Shown: positions 40,627 to 53,744 of the stretch, one piece after another
Position numbering within the stretch: position 1 is the stretch's first letter
How the letters are laid out: every line of letters begins with the position of its first letter
Assembly (NCBI RefSeq): GCF_009834535.1
Contig: NC_045697.1
Span: 94,118,001 to 94,182,000 of the forward strand
DNA: 64,000 bases
Source: Camelus ferus
Taxonomy: Eukaryota
Direction of reading: 5' to 3'
Translations under genes and position numbers: made by a program
The notes under the pieces: generated by a model
Seen by the model: the letters and a program-made list of their open reading frames with translations, nothing else
What the model was told of the DNA's origin: nothing
Databases searched by the model: none

Positions 40627-41974
40627 GTATGGAAATTTTTAATGTGTTTTGTTTGGTGTGTTTTGTGCTTCCTAAATAAGAACATTCATGTTTTGTTTTG
40701 TTTTCTTTTTATCAATTCTGGATCATTCTCAGTTATTGTATTTCTTTAATTTAGGCTGCCAATCATTTTCTCTCTTATTTATTTTTTTCTGAAATCCAGT
40801 AAGGCTAAGTTAGGACCTTCTCATTTTATCATCCATTATTTTTTATCACCTCTTACTTCTGCTTCTTGTGAAAGTACGCTGCAAATCTGAATAATTTCTT
40901 CACATCTGCAACCAGTATCACCAATTATCTCATCATCCATGTCTACTTGATTAACTTAGCCCTGGATTCTTTGTTAATGATTATATTTGTCAAGTCTAGC
41001 TTTTTAGACTTGAGCATGCTTTGAATTTCTCTAAGGACTATTTAAATATACTCCAATGAGTTGTGATGTAGTTCATGATAGGTTATTGATTAAGAAAGAT
41101 GAAATTCAACTATAACAATCCTAATGGCTCTTGTTTAACTAGTATAGGTAATTCTGCTTTGTTACCATGTGTGTTGGACCTACCCTGGTAACCTTCAGCA
41201 GGACCTATTATGTTATTTCTAGTAATGATGGCTTGTATTGTCATACCCTAGCCTTGACCCTTTCATAAAAGATTTATAAATATGGCCTTGTGAGCAGCCT
41301 GCAGATTTGGGCTTCTGGGAAGCAACAAGGGCATTTCTGATGGTGGAAATCTGCTTCAGGAAATCTCTCACCCTCCCTCTTTAACAAACCCATTGACCTT
41401 TAGAACCTAGGGCAATACTAATCCTTTTGGTTTGACGTTTCTTAGCAGGAACTCACTAAAATTTCTTCTTTCTGGAAAATTTTAGTAGATAAAATTAGCA
41501 GAAATGCTGAAGTTGTATTTTGGATGAATGTGCAGAAGCCATAGAGGTACAAATACCTAAAATAAGTCTTAACAGTTTGCTTCCCACATGTGTGCAGGGT
41601 TGTCCTATTAGAAGAAAGTTACATTTTACTGTACTGCTAACATTCAGAATTAGGAAAAATAAGTGAAAATTATGGAGTCTTTTTCTTAACAGAAGGTTAA
41701 TTTTTTAATAACTAAGACTGTTCAAAAATGGAGTAAACACACATGTGAGAGAATAAGATCTCTGGCATTCAATTTAGTAAATATATTTTATAATAACAGT
41801 TGTTCTTTGTAAAAGGGGGCTTTGCGTTTAGCCAGGGATAGACCTAAAAACAGTTTCATTCTGACTCAGAGCTTAATAGCATAATATGTGGTGAACCAGT
41901 TATCTATTATTGTGTACAAATTACCATAATGCTTGCAGCTTCAAACAATAAGTTTGTATTATTTCAGACAGAAA

Positions 41975-43330
41975 TGGTTTGCCCTCTCTCAATCCCTCCC
42001 ACGCTTCGAAAAGTAAATGCTGCTCTTGTAAGTTTGTACTATTTTAAAATATTATTTAAATAGACTCATATATTATATACTCTTTTATATGTCTTAAACC
42101 ATCTAAGTTATTTGTTCCTACATTTTGCCATGTTTTATATATAACACTAGTCCATTCATTTTTTTTCTAAATAGTAATGAATGTTGGAATATACTACAAT
42201 TTATTTATAATTTCTAGTGTTGATGGACATTGGACTTATGTCTTGATATATATGTACCATTTATATTATACATACATAAATATATAATTTTTGAGTACGT
42301 TCAGCTTAATATATACCACCGATCTTCCAAAGAGGTAGTACCCAATTACATTCCCACTGGCGATGTGATTTCCCTTTGCTCTACATCTTCAACAAAACTT
42401 GCCGAGTTTTGTTTTTGTTTTCTTATGTTGCTCTTTTTATGTTGTTTTTGTTTTTGCTCTGCTATTCTTACATGCGTGTGTGTGTACAAGTGTGTGGTTG
42501 TGTACTCATTATAGTTTTAATTTTCATTCTTCTGATGTAGGTTCAGCATCTTTTCAGAGGCTTACTGAGCATTTAGATTTGTTGTTTTGTAAAGTGCCTG
42601 TTTAATTCTTTTGCCATTTATCTACTAATTTATACATTAATTTAATATTTATTTGTTTGTTTTTCTTATTAATTTATAAGATTTCAATAAACATCTTGTG
42701 ATTACAAGTTCTTTTTGGTTTTTCTGTGTTGAAATATCTTCTTTCATTCTATAGCTTCTCTTTTATGACCTGAATGGTGTCTGTTTTGTGCATAAATTCT
42801 TATTATAACCCAACTTTTAAATATTTTATTTTATAGGTAGTGTTTTATATATCATGATTAAGGAACATTGTTGAAGTTCAAGTAATTAATATATTCACCT
42901 ATATTTCCCTCTAAAAACTTTATTTTTTTAACTTTGAATGTTAACTCTATAATATACCTATGTGGATTTCACCATATACTTTTCTATCTCCATGTACTTT
43001 CTTTATTGGTTTTCAAAAACAGTTTTTTCCATAAAGGTATCAACTTATTGAAGATTATCTGTTCTTCATTCCTCCATAGTGCTACTTTTGTTAATAATCA
43101 AGTTTGCATATCTACATTCATCTGTTTCTGAACATTATTTTTTATTATATTGGTCCACATGTTTTTATATGTAATAAATCCATATTATTCTAATTACTGT
43201 AGCTTTATAATAAGACTTGCTAGTGAGTGAAGTAAATTTTCAATTTTGATTTTGATTTTTAAGATTCTTTTTGGCTAATTTTGGATATTTGCATTTCTAT
43301 ATGTATTATTTTATCAGTTTTTTATTTGAC
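41975..43330 (-). mobile_element. very old L1 (L1ME-like) 3' region, degenerate
   Basis: gttgatggacattgga, cccaattacattcccactggcgatgtg, ttttgtaaagtgcctgtttaattcttttgccattta and taattactgtagctttataataagactt. Confidence 0.75.
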
Positions 43331-45372
43331 AATTTTGTGTTGATTATATAATATGTGACAAAATTATGGAAATGATTAGAGCTTCCTGATGCTGTGACTT
43401 TACTACAGAAAGAAATTTACTTTTGTCCTAGCCAGGCTGTTCTAAAGGCGTATCACCTCAATCCAACAAGGAATTGAGAGTTCCCGTCCTGATGTGGGCT
43501 GCTGTGTTCCAGTTTGCCTTTCTTCGTCTTTACTCATACATTTCAGAAATACATTTGTGGGAATTAATAGGTAAGTACATTGTCTTTTTAGTGTATTAAT
43601 GTCAATATTCCTCTTTTTTATAGAATATCACATTTAGGAAAACAGAAACAAAAAAGTTACACAATGATTTTAAATTATTAAGTAAAAATATTCAGTAAGC
43701 TAATGTAGATATACATGGATTTTTAAGTTAAGTGTTTTAGGACAGATCTCTCTTTCTCTCTCTCTTTAGAGCTCCTCATTTTCCAAATGAGGAAAATTTT
43801 TCCAAATGAGAAATAATAAATGGCTTATCTGGTATAGAATTTATTATTGGTAGAAACAGTACTAGATTTCAGCCTATTTATGTAAATAGTTGCTTATATG
43901 TAGTGCACAAAAAGTCAAAATTTACCCTAATTTGTTTTTATGCTTCAGGTGGACCCCAGATTTTTCTATAATAAAGTGAGGGATAACATTGTTACTTACC
44001 CCATTGTTTTGTTGTCAGCTAACAAATGTGAAGGCACCTAGGAGGTACTAAAAAATGTTAGCAGTATTATTATAAATATTATCATTGAAATTTATATAGT
44101 TATATTTATAGAAGTAAAAATAAATATAACTTTAGGCAACTATAACTATATAGAAATATAATAACTTGACTTCAATAATTCATGTAATGTAAATCCCTCA
44201 GAAGTTTTCTAGAAACTTCTGAAGACTCTCTTTCAAATGTTTTATTTGTGACCAAAGTGAAACACTCATGTAACCTGATATACTACTTCCAAGGTGCCAG
44301 CCTAATAGTTGTTTCCAGAAGGCATGGCTACAGATCTCTTTTGAAAGTACAATAAAATATGCTACAACAACAGCACCAAAAAAAGATGGTACAAGCCCGG
44401 AATTATATTTGGCAGACACCACAGCCAAATCCAGAAATTAACTCTCTGGCAGATCAGAGGTAACAACTGGTGTATGTTCTATTGCCTGGGTCATATACAA
44501 AGATTTTGCAGTTAATTTGAGGTTGTGCATACTGATTTCTAAAGGGAAGAATCAGAGCTTAGTTATTTTCTTGTTGCAACTTTGGCTTTCTTGTGTTTTC
44601 TATTGTATAGGAGAGGAGAACCTCTTTTAAATAATGTTATAATTTATGTTCATTTCCATTACAGATTCAAAAGTAATATTTTTCGTGACTAAGGTCAAGG
44701 AAAAAAAAAAACTAAGCTCTGTGATGTATTTAAGTATAATGGTTTCTCTGATGAATATTCTTAATGTTTATAAAGGGTAATTTACCTGTCAATCCAGTAC
44801 TACACTGGCATACAAATTAGTGCCTGTAAAGAAAATATTTAAGTGTAGAAACAGCAGGAGAATTGAAGAAAAGTAGGCAGTCTCCAGAAATGGTGCTATT
44901 GCATTTTCTCATTAAATAGAAACAGTTATTCACAGTCAAAAGATGCCATAACACATAATATTTCTGTTTCTTGAAATATTTACTAAAATATTTATAGACC
45001 ATAGATATTCATTTCACTATATGGTATGGACAATATTCAAATGATTAACTTTAAAACAATAATTGTTTACTTCATGAACATAAACTGAATTTTGTAACTC
45101 AATTTGGCCACATCACTGGCTTCAAGATATAAACACCAATACAATTTATGCATTCAGTACTTTATTTTTTCCAGTTTTTTAATAAGGTGTTACTTTTTAT
45201 ATGCTGATATTATAAACATATTCCAGCTTAATTCTGAAACCAGTGCAAGTGTAGCCTAGCTATCACATAAGTAGAAAATCGATAATTAGAAGAGCATCAG
45301 TTTCAGGCACCATCTAACAATCAAAAATACCGTGTTTTAACTGAGCCATCATTATATTGTTGCCGAAAAATG

Positions 45373-45424
45373 TGTTACAGCTCAGTGTTATAGTTCAGTG
45401 TTACAGCTCGGTATTATAGCTCAG
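45373..45424. repeat. 4 x 13-bp tandem repeat (tgttacagctcag consensus) in LTR U5
   Basis: tgttacagctcag tgttatagttcag tgttacagctcgg tattatagctcag. Confidence 0.92.
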
Positions 45425-45840
45425 CTGTGATAGCAACTTGGATCCCGGAGAGAGACCAAGCAGCATTCGGATAATTGGAGAACTCAGGTTTATTATACCA
45501 GCAGGCCCATAGGAGTTAACACTCCAAGCTCTAGAGCCTGTCTGTAGGTTTATACAGGCTTTTATAGGCTGCAGTTTACACTTTGCAACATCATATGCAA
45601 ATAAGGTATAACAAAAGTTGACTAATTGGGAACAAGCTTTGTAGAAATAGACCAATCAGGAGGGAGAGAAATAACCAATCAGGAGTGAGCTCAGGGAACC
45701 AATAGAATTTTAGGGATAAGCCATTTCAGAGGCAAAAAGTGAGATAGAGCCTCTGGGCCAGGGAACCAGATGGTGCTGGCAGGAGAGTAGTGGCCCTGCC
45801 TGGGGGTCCTGCCAATCTTTTTATGGGGCTTCCCGCCTCA
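45373..45840 (-). mobile_element. ERV1-type solo LTR, complete, 468 bp
   Basis: on the - strand it begins TGAGGCGGGAAG and ends GCTGTAACA; TATA (plus ttttata 45560-45566) and AATAAA (plus tttatt 45489-45494) are in U3-R-U5 order; multiple CCAAT boxes; TSD imperfect. Confidence 0.85.
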
Positions 45841-47159
45841 ATATAACTCTAAAAACATCTGATAAAAGGTTAAGTAAGATTTGATTAAGAGGAAAATTCT
45901 AATGTAAATGAGTTTGCTTACTTCTTTTGGTTGTTGAGAATTCAAATAAAGATATTTCAAATTTAAACACACATATATTTTTAGGAAGAAGGCTTCACTC
46001 ATGATTATTTTATGCCATTAGCAGCTGAAGGTAGACTTCCTTATGCATATTATCTATAGGAGGTAATGAAAATGTAAATAAAAGACTGGCATCTAAATAG
46101 CCAACAGCCAAAGCATCAAAGTCATGTTCATTTTTATCTATTCAAACCATTATGTATTTATGGTAGATGAAATCACTCCTTTACAATATACAGTCCAAAT
46201 CACTGAAGAAAAAATTTCTTCACTACCTAGTTCCTATGAATTCTTTAGTGGCTACCATTTGACTTGCTAGTTTTGGCAACAACATCTGCGCTTTCACAGG
46301 TCAGCACATAAAGAACGCATTGCAACCTTAATGCCTCTAAAGAGGCCTTTTTTCCCCATTGGATAATCTCTAGTATTTTGGAAGGTTGAGCAGACATTCA
46401 TCCAGTGTGCAGTATTAAGCATTTCAGGATCTACTTGCAGCTGAAACAATTATGTGGTACCATGGAGAGATGTGACAATAGAGATAATCAGTCTCTTGAG
46501 GCTATAATGTGTTCTTTGTATGCATGGTTACAAGTCAGGGTGCCAGAGAAGAACACTAGGGCTAACACACAGTGCACCTGCCATTACAAACACATAAAAG
46601 GATGTGGAAATGTTTCAACATGATCTAGTAAATGGATGGTACAGCTATTTCATCAAGTTTAAATCTAATTGCTTTAGCCCTTGTCACACTAATGGCAACA
46701 CTGTTCTTGTTACCGCTGATTCAGAAACAACGATGCAGTGTGCATTATGGCAGTCCTTCAATCTACAATGAAACACTATCTGTGTGCTTTTTGTAAGATG
46801 GGTATGCAAAGTGGAGCCAGTTAGAAAACACATGGGAATCTTTCTTTCCTTAGGCATATTTAAAGCAGTAATAAGCCTTAAAACTCAATCACACACAGAC
46901 ACACGACATATATTGAATCAGGAAGGTAGCAAATATGTCATGACACTCAATCTGAAGCATTCTTTTGGAAGATATTTATGACCTTATATTTGTTTGCTAG
47001 TATATACAGCTTTCTCTCCGTGGTCCATTTTATCCAGCCTAAAAGGCACATGAAAAATGTATTGACTTAAGGAAACTAGTAAATAAGTTTCTGATTTAAC
47101 AATAGTCAACTTTCTATCAAAAGGAACATCAGATTGTAGATCTTCCCCTACTCTTTTCA

Positions 47160-47310
47160 TTCAGTTACTTGTTAATTGAACTAGGCATGTATGCATCCAA
47201 CATATCCTTCCTGAGTACCTATTCTGTGCTAGGCAATATAGTGGGCACTGTGTTTTCAGTCAGGGGTCATACAGCCATCGTTTCTGCTTTCAGATGGGGT
47301 TGTAATTAAT
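47160..47310 (-). mobile_element. L2 3' end fragment
   Basis: catccaacatatccttcctgagtacctattctgtgctaggcaatatagtgggcactg is the antisense L2 tail motif. Confidence 0.55.
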
Positions 47311-49260
47311 TAGAAACTATTGTCAACTATCTTTTGCAAAACAAGGAGCAGAGATTGACACAAAGACATCCTTCTTTTGCAGGTGTGTGTAGAAATGCAG
47401 GGAACAAGATAATAAATCACTGGTGACCAGAGTGTTTAACACAAAAGATGAATCTCTGTCTATTATTGCTGCTGGGAAAACTGTCACCTGGGATGGGAAT
47501 GGGGTGGGGAGATACATTCTTAACATTCAAATAGAATCATCAAATTTCCCTCCTCCTGCATGCCCATGGAGACAATGTTACAAATTCTCAGGTACAGTTG
47601 AATTTATACTATTAGTATTGATTGGAAATTTAGTTAATAATAAAACAGGTAACTTTTATAGAAAACCAATAAAATGGTCTTAAAGAACCATATTGCAATG
47701 TATTCAGTTAAAAATTAATGCAAGGGCTCTGAAATAAAAGGATCTCAATATCCATATACATTTAAACATACACATCTCTTTATACATAATTATACATTCA
47801 ATAATCATAAGATGATATTTTCTACAACAAAACATTTTTTTATATTTGTATTCTGAATAAGGCATTGTAAAGGACAGTATGAATCTTCTCATTTCGTTGT
47901 CTCTGACTTGGTTTCAGTATAACTGAGAGAATTTTTTGAAGAGCTTAATTTCATAAAACTGCTTTTTGATTATTAATTTAAAATTTATTTTGAGTCCCTT
48001 GTTTATAAAATGCAGAGCACTAATAACATTGGAAGTAAATAATAACTCTAAGGGATTTACTTATATTAGAGTAAATGAGAAAAGACAAAAAGTGATAAAT
48101 CCTAACCTCTCACCAAATTCTAGATGTTAAATTGTCCTGTCTGAAGTCTCTTGATTTGCAGTCTTGAGACACTGACATCTAACTTGGAGGTATTCTCAAT
48201 TAGGAAAAATTATTTAGAAATAAACTTCTAATGCCATGTTTCTCAAGTCAAGCATGTGAAAATGTTATACAACTTAATAACCTCAAAGCTATAGTATTGA
48301 TAAACTGACTCCCCATGGCTTATTTCTCTGGCACGTCCCCTTTGCATCTCTGGCTTATGGAAATTCTGGTCCTGTATGCAACCGGTGATCATAATTTGTC
48401 TCTCATCACCATTCAGCACACTTGAGCTGAGTTTATTCTAACACTCTTCCAGTTCTAGCCCACTGCTCCCCAGCCAGGGGAAGAATGGGTGTGAACTCCA
48501 GCTGTACACCGTCCTCTCCAATTTGTCCCCTCTAGTCCTTGATCCTAGAACCCGATTCCTCTCACTCTGGTAATTATGTCTCCCTGACCTTCGGTTATTT
48601 TGCTCCTGTCTGAGTAATATGACCAGTCAACAGCAACCTGAAAAGGAGTTCTATTCCTGTCCCAACCTGTGTCCAACTTTCTTATTTTACTTACTTTCTC
48701 TTGGGTCCTGCTTGCCTTCATAATGCATTGTGACTGATCAGTTCTGGTATCAGCTGATGAAGCCCCATGAAAGGTCTAGGTAATACGATCTTGGGGTTCA
48801 GAAGAAGAAGAACTTTCTTCTAGTTGACAGATTCATGGGAGGAGTTGACATTGGGCAGCATCTTGGGAGACAGGGTTTGAATCTGTATAACTGGACAAGA
48901 TTAATTCATAGATAAAATCACATATATAGGTATATATAGATATAGCTATATCTAGATATAGTGTACATGTAGATATATCGCCTTTCACTGCAAACAAGAT
49001 TAAATAGTTCTTTAAATGATGGCTCTGTGCAGCACTGGAGAAGACATTGTTGATAATAAATGGATATGAACTGTATAGATTTGCTTCACACACTTGAGCA
49101 TATAAATAGAGTGTCAACATTTATTTTTCAAGCAACAGATGAGTATCTGACCTTCAGTCTAATTTGCAGGGAATACAGTGTGCTTTCTTTTAAGGCTCCT
49201 TTCTTCCTATTTGTCCAAACCCTCCTGGCTCAAGTATACAGGGGACAGATAAACCTAATT

Positions 49261-49400
49261 CAGTGGGTCTCAAACTCCAGCATGCAGGAGGCTTATTTGG
49301 AGTTCTTGTTAAAAATTTCAAGGCCTTTCCTCCAGAGTTCTGATTTAGGTAGCAGTTCTGATGCAGATGGTTCATAGATCACATCCTACTAGAGATGCTG
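49261..49400. mobile_element. MER5A-like hAT-Charlie MITE, internally deleted
   Basis: cagtgggtctcaaact...ggagttcttgttaaaaatt...ccagagttctgatttag...ttctgatgcagatggttcatagatcaca. Confidence 0.75.
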
Positions 49401-50023
49401 GACTCTGGTCTCCTATGATTGCTGTTGGAGCTCAGTTCTGCTTTATCCCAAAGTGTTTTTCACTCTGTATTGATGCCTTTGCTTTCCCAGGTTCAGACAT
49501 TGCCACTGTTAGCTGTGGGAGTTTTCTCTTGGGGTTTAGAGCATTGTAAACATACCTGTGTGTATGTTACATGTTCACCGTGTTCACAACTATTCCTAAA
49601 AGCACCACATTGCTGGACCATGAGGGATATCCAATCATGCTTATCATGGAAACGGACCCTCCTGTGGATCCTAAGGTATTTTTCTGAGCTGCTGCTGCTT
49701 CAAGTCTAAAAACTTCTCACCTCCCAGTGAATGCCTTTTTCAGAGATCTCACTCACGCAAATATTTTTTCCTTTTACCCAGTGGCCTATTCTTTATCTGA
49801 AAGTAGGGAAGGGAAATTGGGTAAATCACTGAAAATGACAATTAAATACTAAAATTACTGTTAACAACTATAACTGAACCACAAAGTTTGTCTTACAACC
49901 TTCTTGCAGGACAATGAATGCCTACTTCATTAGGTTTTATTAGCCTAGTTAATGAGGCCATTTAAGAGGTTGCATGACCAAGAATATCAGCTCTAGGCTT
50001 TTTTAAAAACTTGTACCACATAT

Positions 50024-50052
50024 TGTGTGTGTGTGTGTGTCTGTGTGTGTGT
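50024..50052. repeat. (TG)n microsatellite
   Basis: directly visible. Confidence 0.9.
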
Positions 50053-52350
50053 TAGAGAGAGAGGGAGTTTTAATGAAACTTTTCTCATTACAATCATTTT
50101 ATTCTGGGAAGGAGACAACAAAAGTAGAGAAATAAGTAATAATGGACCCTTCTTCCCTTTTTTCTCATCTCAAAATTTGTTTCTCGCTGACGGAATTTTG
50201 TGATAGGCATTTATGATGATTTAGGAACACTCTAATCACTGAAATATAATTCCTAGATTTAAAAGATTTTATTTTGTTTCTGATTACTGCAATTTTTCAT
50301 AATTAGGGATTATGCTGGAGTAAGGATGATAGAACCAGGCCCTACCAATCCTTTATAGCATTTATCAGGAGAAACTGGGATCCGTGTGGCACAAAAGACG
50401 ATTTTTCTACAACTGCCATGTAGAATTCTGCGCCTGAAATAAAGTCCTTATTACATAAAATGTAGTTTTACAATCATAATGATGATCTCATTCTGAGGGG
50501 AAAAAAAAGAAAACAGTTATTCCTGAATTACTGTGGCTGCTATATTGTAGTTTAACTTTACAGTTTTTGTTTCAACTGAAAATTTTTGCGTGAAATTTCC
50601 AAAATATTTTGGGAGCATTGTAGTCTTCAAAGGAAAAGCCAGAAGATCCTGGAAATTTAGGGGGAAATGTATTTGTGGTTCTCTTCTCAAATACAGTTCT
50701 TTATATTCCTTTTTCTTTAGTAAGCAAACGAGGGACTATGTTTGTGAGAAAGGGTTTCAAGGCAGTTTCATGATTTTCAATGAATAAAACATCAAGTTTG
50801 CCTTTAAGTGCTATAAATCATGTGCTCATCTGTGAACATATCCCATGGCTACCTTTTACTGAAAGGTAAGTTATTTTAGGATTCAGAGTTACTTTCTTTC
50901 TCAGGAAGAAACATCCTGAAGCCCCAGTGCACTGTTTATTTTAAAGAAAACACTTTAACTAGGGTCTAAAATAGCATTTCAGGATTTATACAGAACTTAA
51001 AAATATACATATGGCATTTGAACAGCAATTGAATGAGACTCTTCTCTTTTGTTCTTGAGGAGTTTTTCCTACCTAGACATAGTAGTTGTGATCTTAAAAA
51101 TTGTGATAAAAATAAAGAGTCCTTTCCTCACTGCAAGTTATATGTTCCACTGTTTTAACTTTTCATCCCTGCATCACATTCCAGGATTGAAATATTTCTA
51201 GACCATAGGAGTTTTCATTTTTTTCTGAGGAAAGATTATAGCTCAAAGCAAGAAGAGTCTACATTTCAAAAAGTTTTGGAAGTTTACAAAATGAACAAAT
51301 CTGAAAAAACAACCTTTTTCATTTTCTTAGGAAGTTAAAAGTTAAACCAAATAAATGATAATTTTTATGAAACATCTTGACCACTTTCATGTATGACTGG
51401 CACAATTAAATAATTCATTTTGGATGGGAGAAAACACCTAATATTGCTAGAAATATTTAGAAATAAAATATTTACTGAGGGAAGACAGCTGCATGAGTCC
51501 ATCACCTGATCACGTAGCTATAGAACTCCGAAGTATTTCTGACAGATAGTTAAATCAGCATGTGATAAAGTTTATTCAGTCTGCCACTGATGTATCTATG
51601 AATAAAAACAAAAAAATATATAAGCCTGCAAGGTCTAACAATGTAACTAATGATAAATCTTGCTAAAATTGGAGAGGAATGGCCATATAATACAAACCTA
51701 TTGTGTTGCATTGAGAACTCTGTTTAGTGGTTTAAGCTTATTGTGCTCTATGAAACGGAACAAAAACCTGCCAACCTTACGAAAGGTGAAAGATTCTTGT
51801 AACCTTACGCCCTGTCTCAGAGATCAGAGTTTCTGCTCATCAAAATTCCTAGCTATTACCTTTTTACAGCAAATATATTGCATTTTGAAGGAGACAGAAA
51901 ATTCTTGCATTATTTGAAGAAGCCCTCATCGCAATTTGATGGAAAGAGTATTGAGATCTTTATACTTAAGCTTTCATGATATGGTGAAAAGAAAGTGTTT
52001 TGGCAGCTGACATATTAGATATTGTAAATTTTCATTTATTCCTTATTTAAAATAAAAATAAGTGATGAAGAGTAGGGGCAGGTCCTATATTATCCAAGAT
52101 AGGTGAAATTCCTCTACGACTTGTAGTCTGCCAGCTCTACACATGTGCATGCTTTTGTTTGTCTTGTGCCTTTATTTTCTCAGCTAATTCATGGAAATGA
52201 GAGCACCCAAGGAAAAGTCCATGCCTACTGTCTGTTAGCAAATGTTGGGTCAGAAAATTTATCTCTTGGTCAGAGGGAGACACCATCATAGGGAAGAAAC
52301 ATTATTCTCTAGCTTGATAAGAGAAGAAAAAGCAATATGACATACTTAAA

Positions 52351-52398
52351 GGAAGGAAGGAAGGAAGGAAGGAAGGAAGGAAGGAAGGAAGGAAGGAA

Positions 52399-52470
<72 letters not shown>
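52351..52470. repeat. compound tetranucleotide (GGAA)13(GAAA)17
   Basis: counted directly: GGAA 52351-52402, GAAA 52403-52470. Confidence 0.97.
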
Positions 52471-52472
<2 letters not shown>

Positions 52473-52809
52473 AGGAAAAAGAAGCTGAAGATACACCGAA
52501 ACCAAATTATACAAATAAAAGACACTAAGTTGAAAATGAGCCATGGGGAGGGGGCATGGAAAGAAGAACTGTAGTTACATTAAATTGATGTCAATAATAT
52601 AGTTTAAAATAATAAAAATAATTCAGGGAGATTGTTAGTCTTGAGGAAGAAAAAACTAAATTGAAATTCTCCTAGAATGTAAATAAAAAAATTAAAAACC
52701 AAAAATGCAGAAATGGTAATAGTGAACTTCTCTATACTGAAGTTAAATAACAGAGTTCAACAAGTCAAATCTAAGAAAAGCAGAAAGAATAGATGACAGA
52801 AAGAACTGT

Positions 52810-53010
52810 CATGTGTCCAGCCCTGTTCTAATAAATTTGCACAAACTAACTTAATTCTCACAAGACTCTCTGAGGTAGTTATCGATGTCATTATATTTAT
52901 AAATCGAGGCACTAAAAGACTCCAAAGTGGTTAATTAATGCAAAAACAAAATAGTAAAGTCAGAATTTTAACCCACGTTCAAGCACGACTTTCCTTCAAG
53001 AACATTCTAT
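52810..53010 (-). mobile_element. MIR SINE, diverged
   Basis: cttaattctcacaagactctctgaggtagttatcgatgtcatt...gtcagaattttaaccca. Confidence 0.5.
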
Positions 53011-53744
53011 TGGTAAAGGTTTATTTTTGCATTTAAAAATCTTGTAGTTGAGCAAAGAATAGTCTACTCACAGTAAAGACCTGCAAAGTGCTCTATAAAA
53101 TCAATGCCATGTAAAAATATGAAAATTATCTTCTTCAAGTTTTCTATGATTTTAATTTTCCATGTATTGTTTTCACCAGGGTCATGGATATGAACACACC
53201 TATGCACATGTATGTGTACACGTGTAGATATGTGCGTGTATGTATATATATATGTGTGTGTGTATATATATATGAATGCTTGTATGTGTATGAGAGAGAG
53301 GGAGAGACGGAGAGAATATTTTTAGCACAAATTTAGAAAAAATTGTTTTTCATGTATTTCCGTGCATCTGTCACAGGCCCCCTTCTTCACTCCAGAATGG
53401 AGGCTGAATAACAAAAGAAATTGTGGCGAGAAGGTGGATATCACTCCTCTTATAAAAGCTAATGAAAATAAATCACCAAGAATATTTATAAAAAACTGAA
53501 TCACTCATCAAACTAGTGAGTCATATTCCTTATGAAATAGATTTCTCCTTAAATACTTTTTTTTTTTTGGCTAGAGGGTTTAAGATCACCATAAAGGGAT
53601 TGTTGCTTTAATCATTCTATTTTAAAATAGTTCAGATATTTGAGAACAAGTATCTTCACATGGAGAAGAATTGTAGGTTAATGGAGGTTGTGTATCTGCA
53701 TTATTGTTGAAAGGCCACATTTAGCAATAATTATAACTGAAATG

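Noticed and set aside
40216..40749. 177-aa ORF
   Set aside because: Lies within an MLT1 LTR, has no recognisable motif, and is a chance open frame in GC-richer DNA
43774..43810. 8-bp hairpin and 13-bp direct repeat ttttccaaatgag
   Set aside because: Short and compatible with a decayed MIR core plus local slippage
45373..45424. Regularly spaced short repeats as a CRISPR-like array
   Set aside because: Units are contiguous 13-mers with no spacers, lie inside an LTR U5 in mammalian DNA, and there are no cas genes
52302..52544. KEGR/KERK and SFFL repeat ORFs
   Set aside because: Translation of the (GGAA)(GAAA) microsatellite
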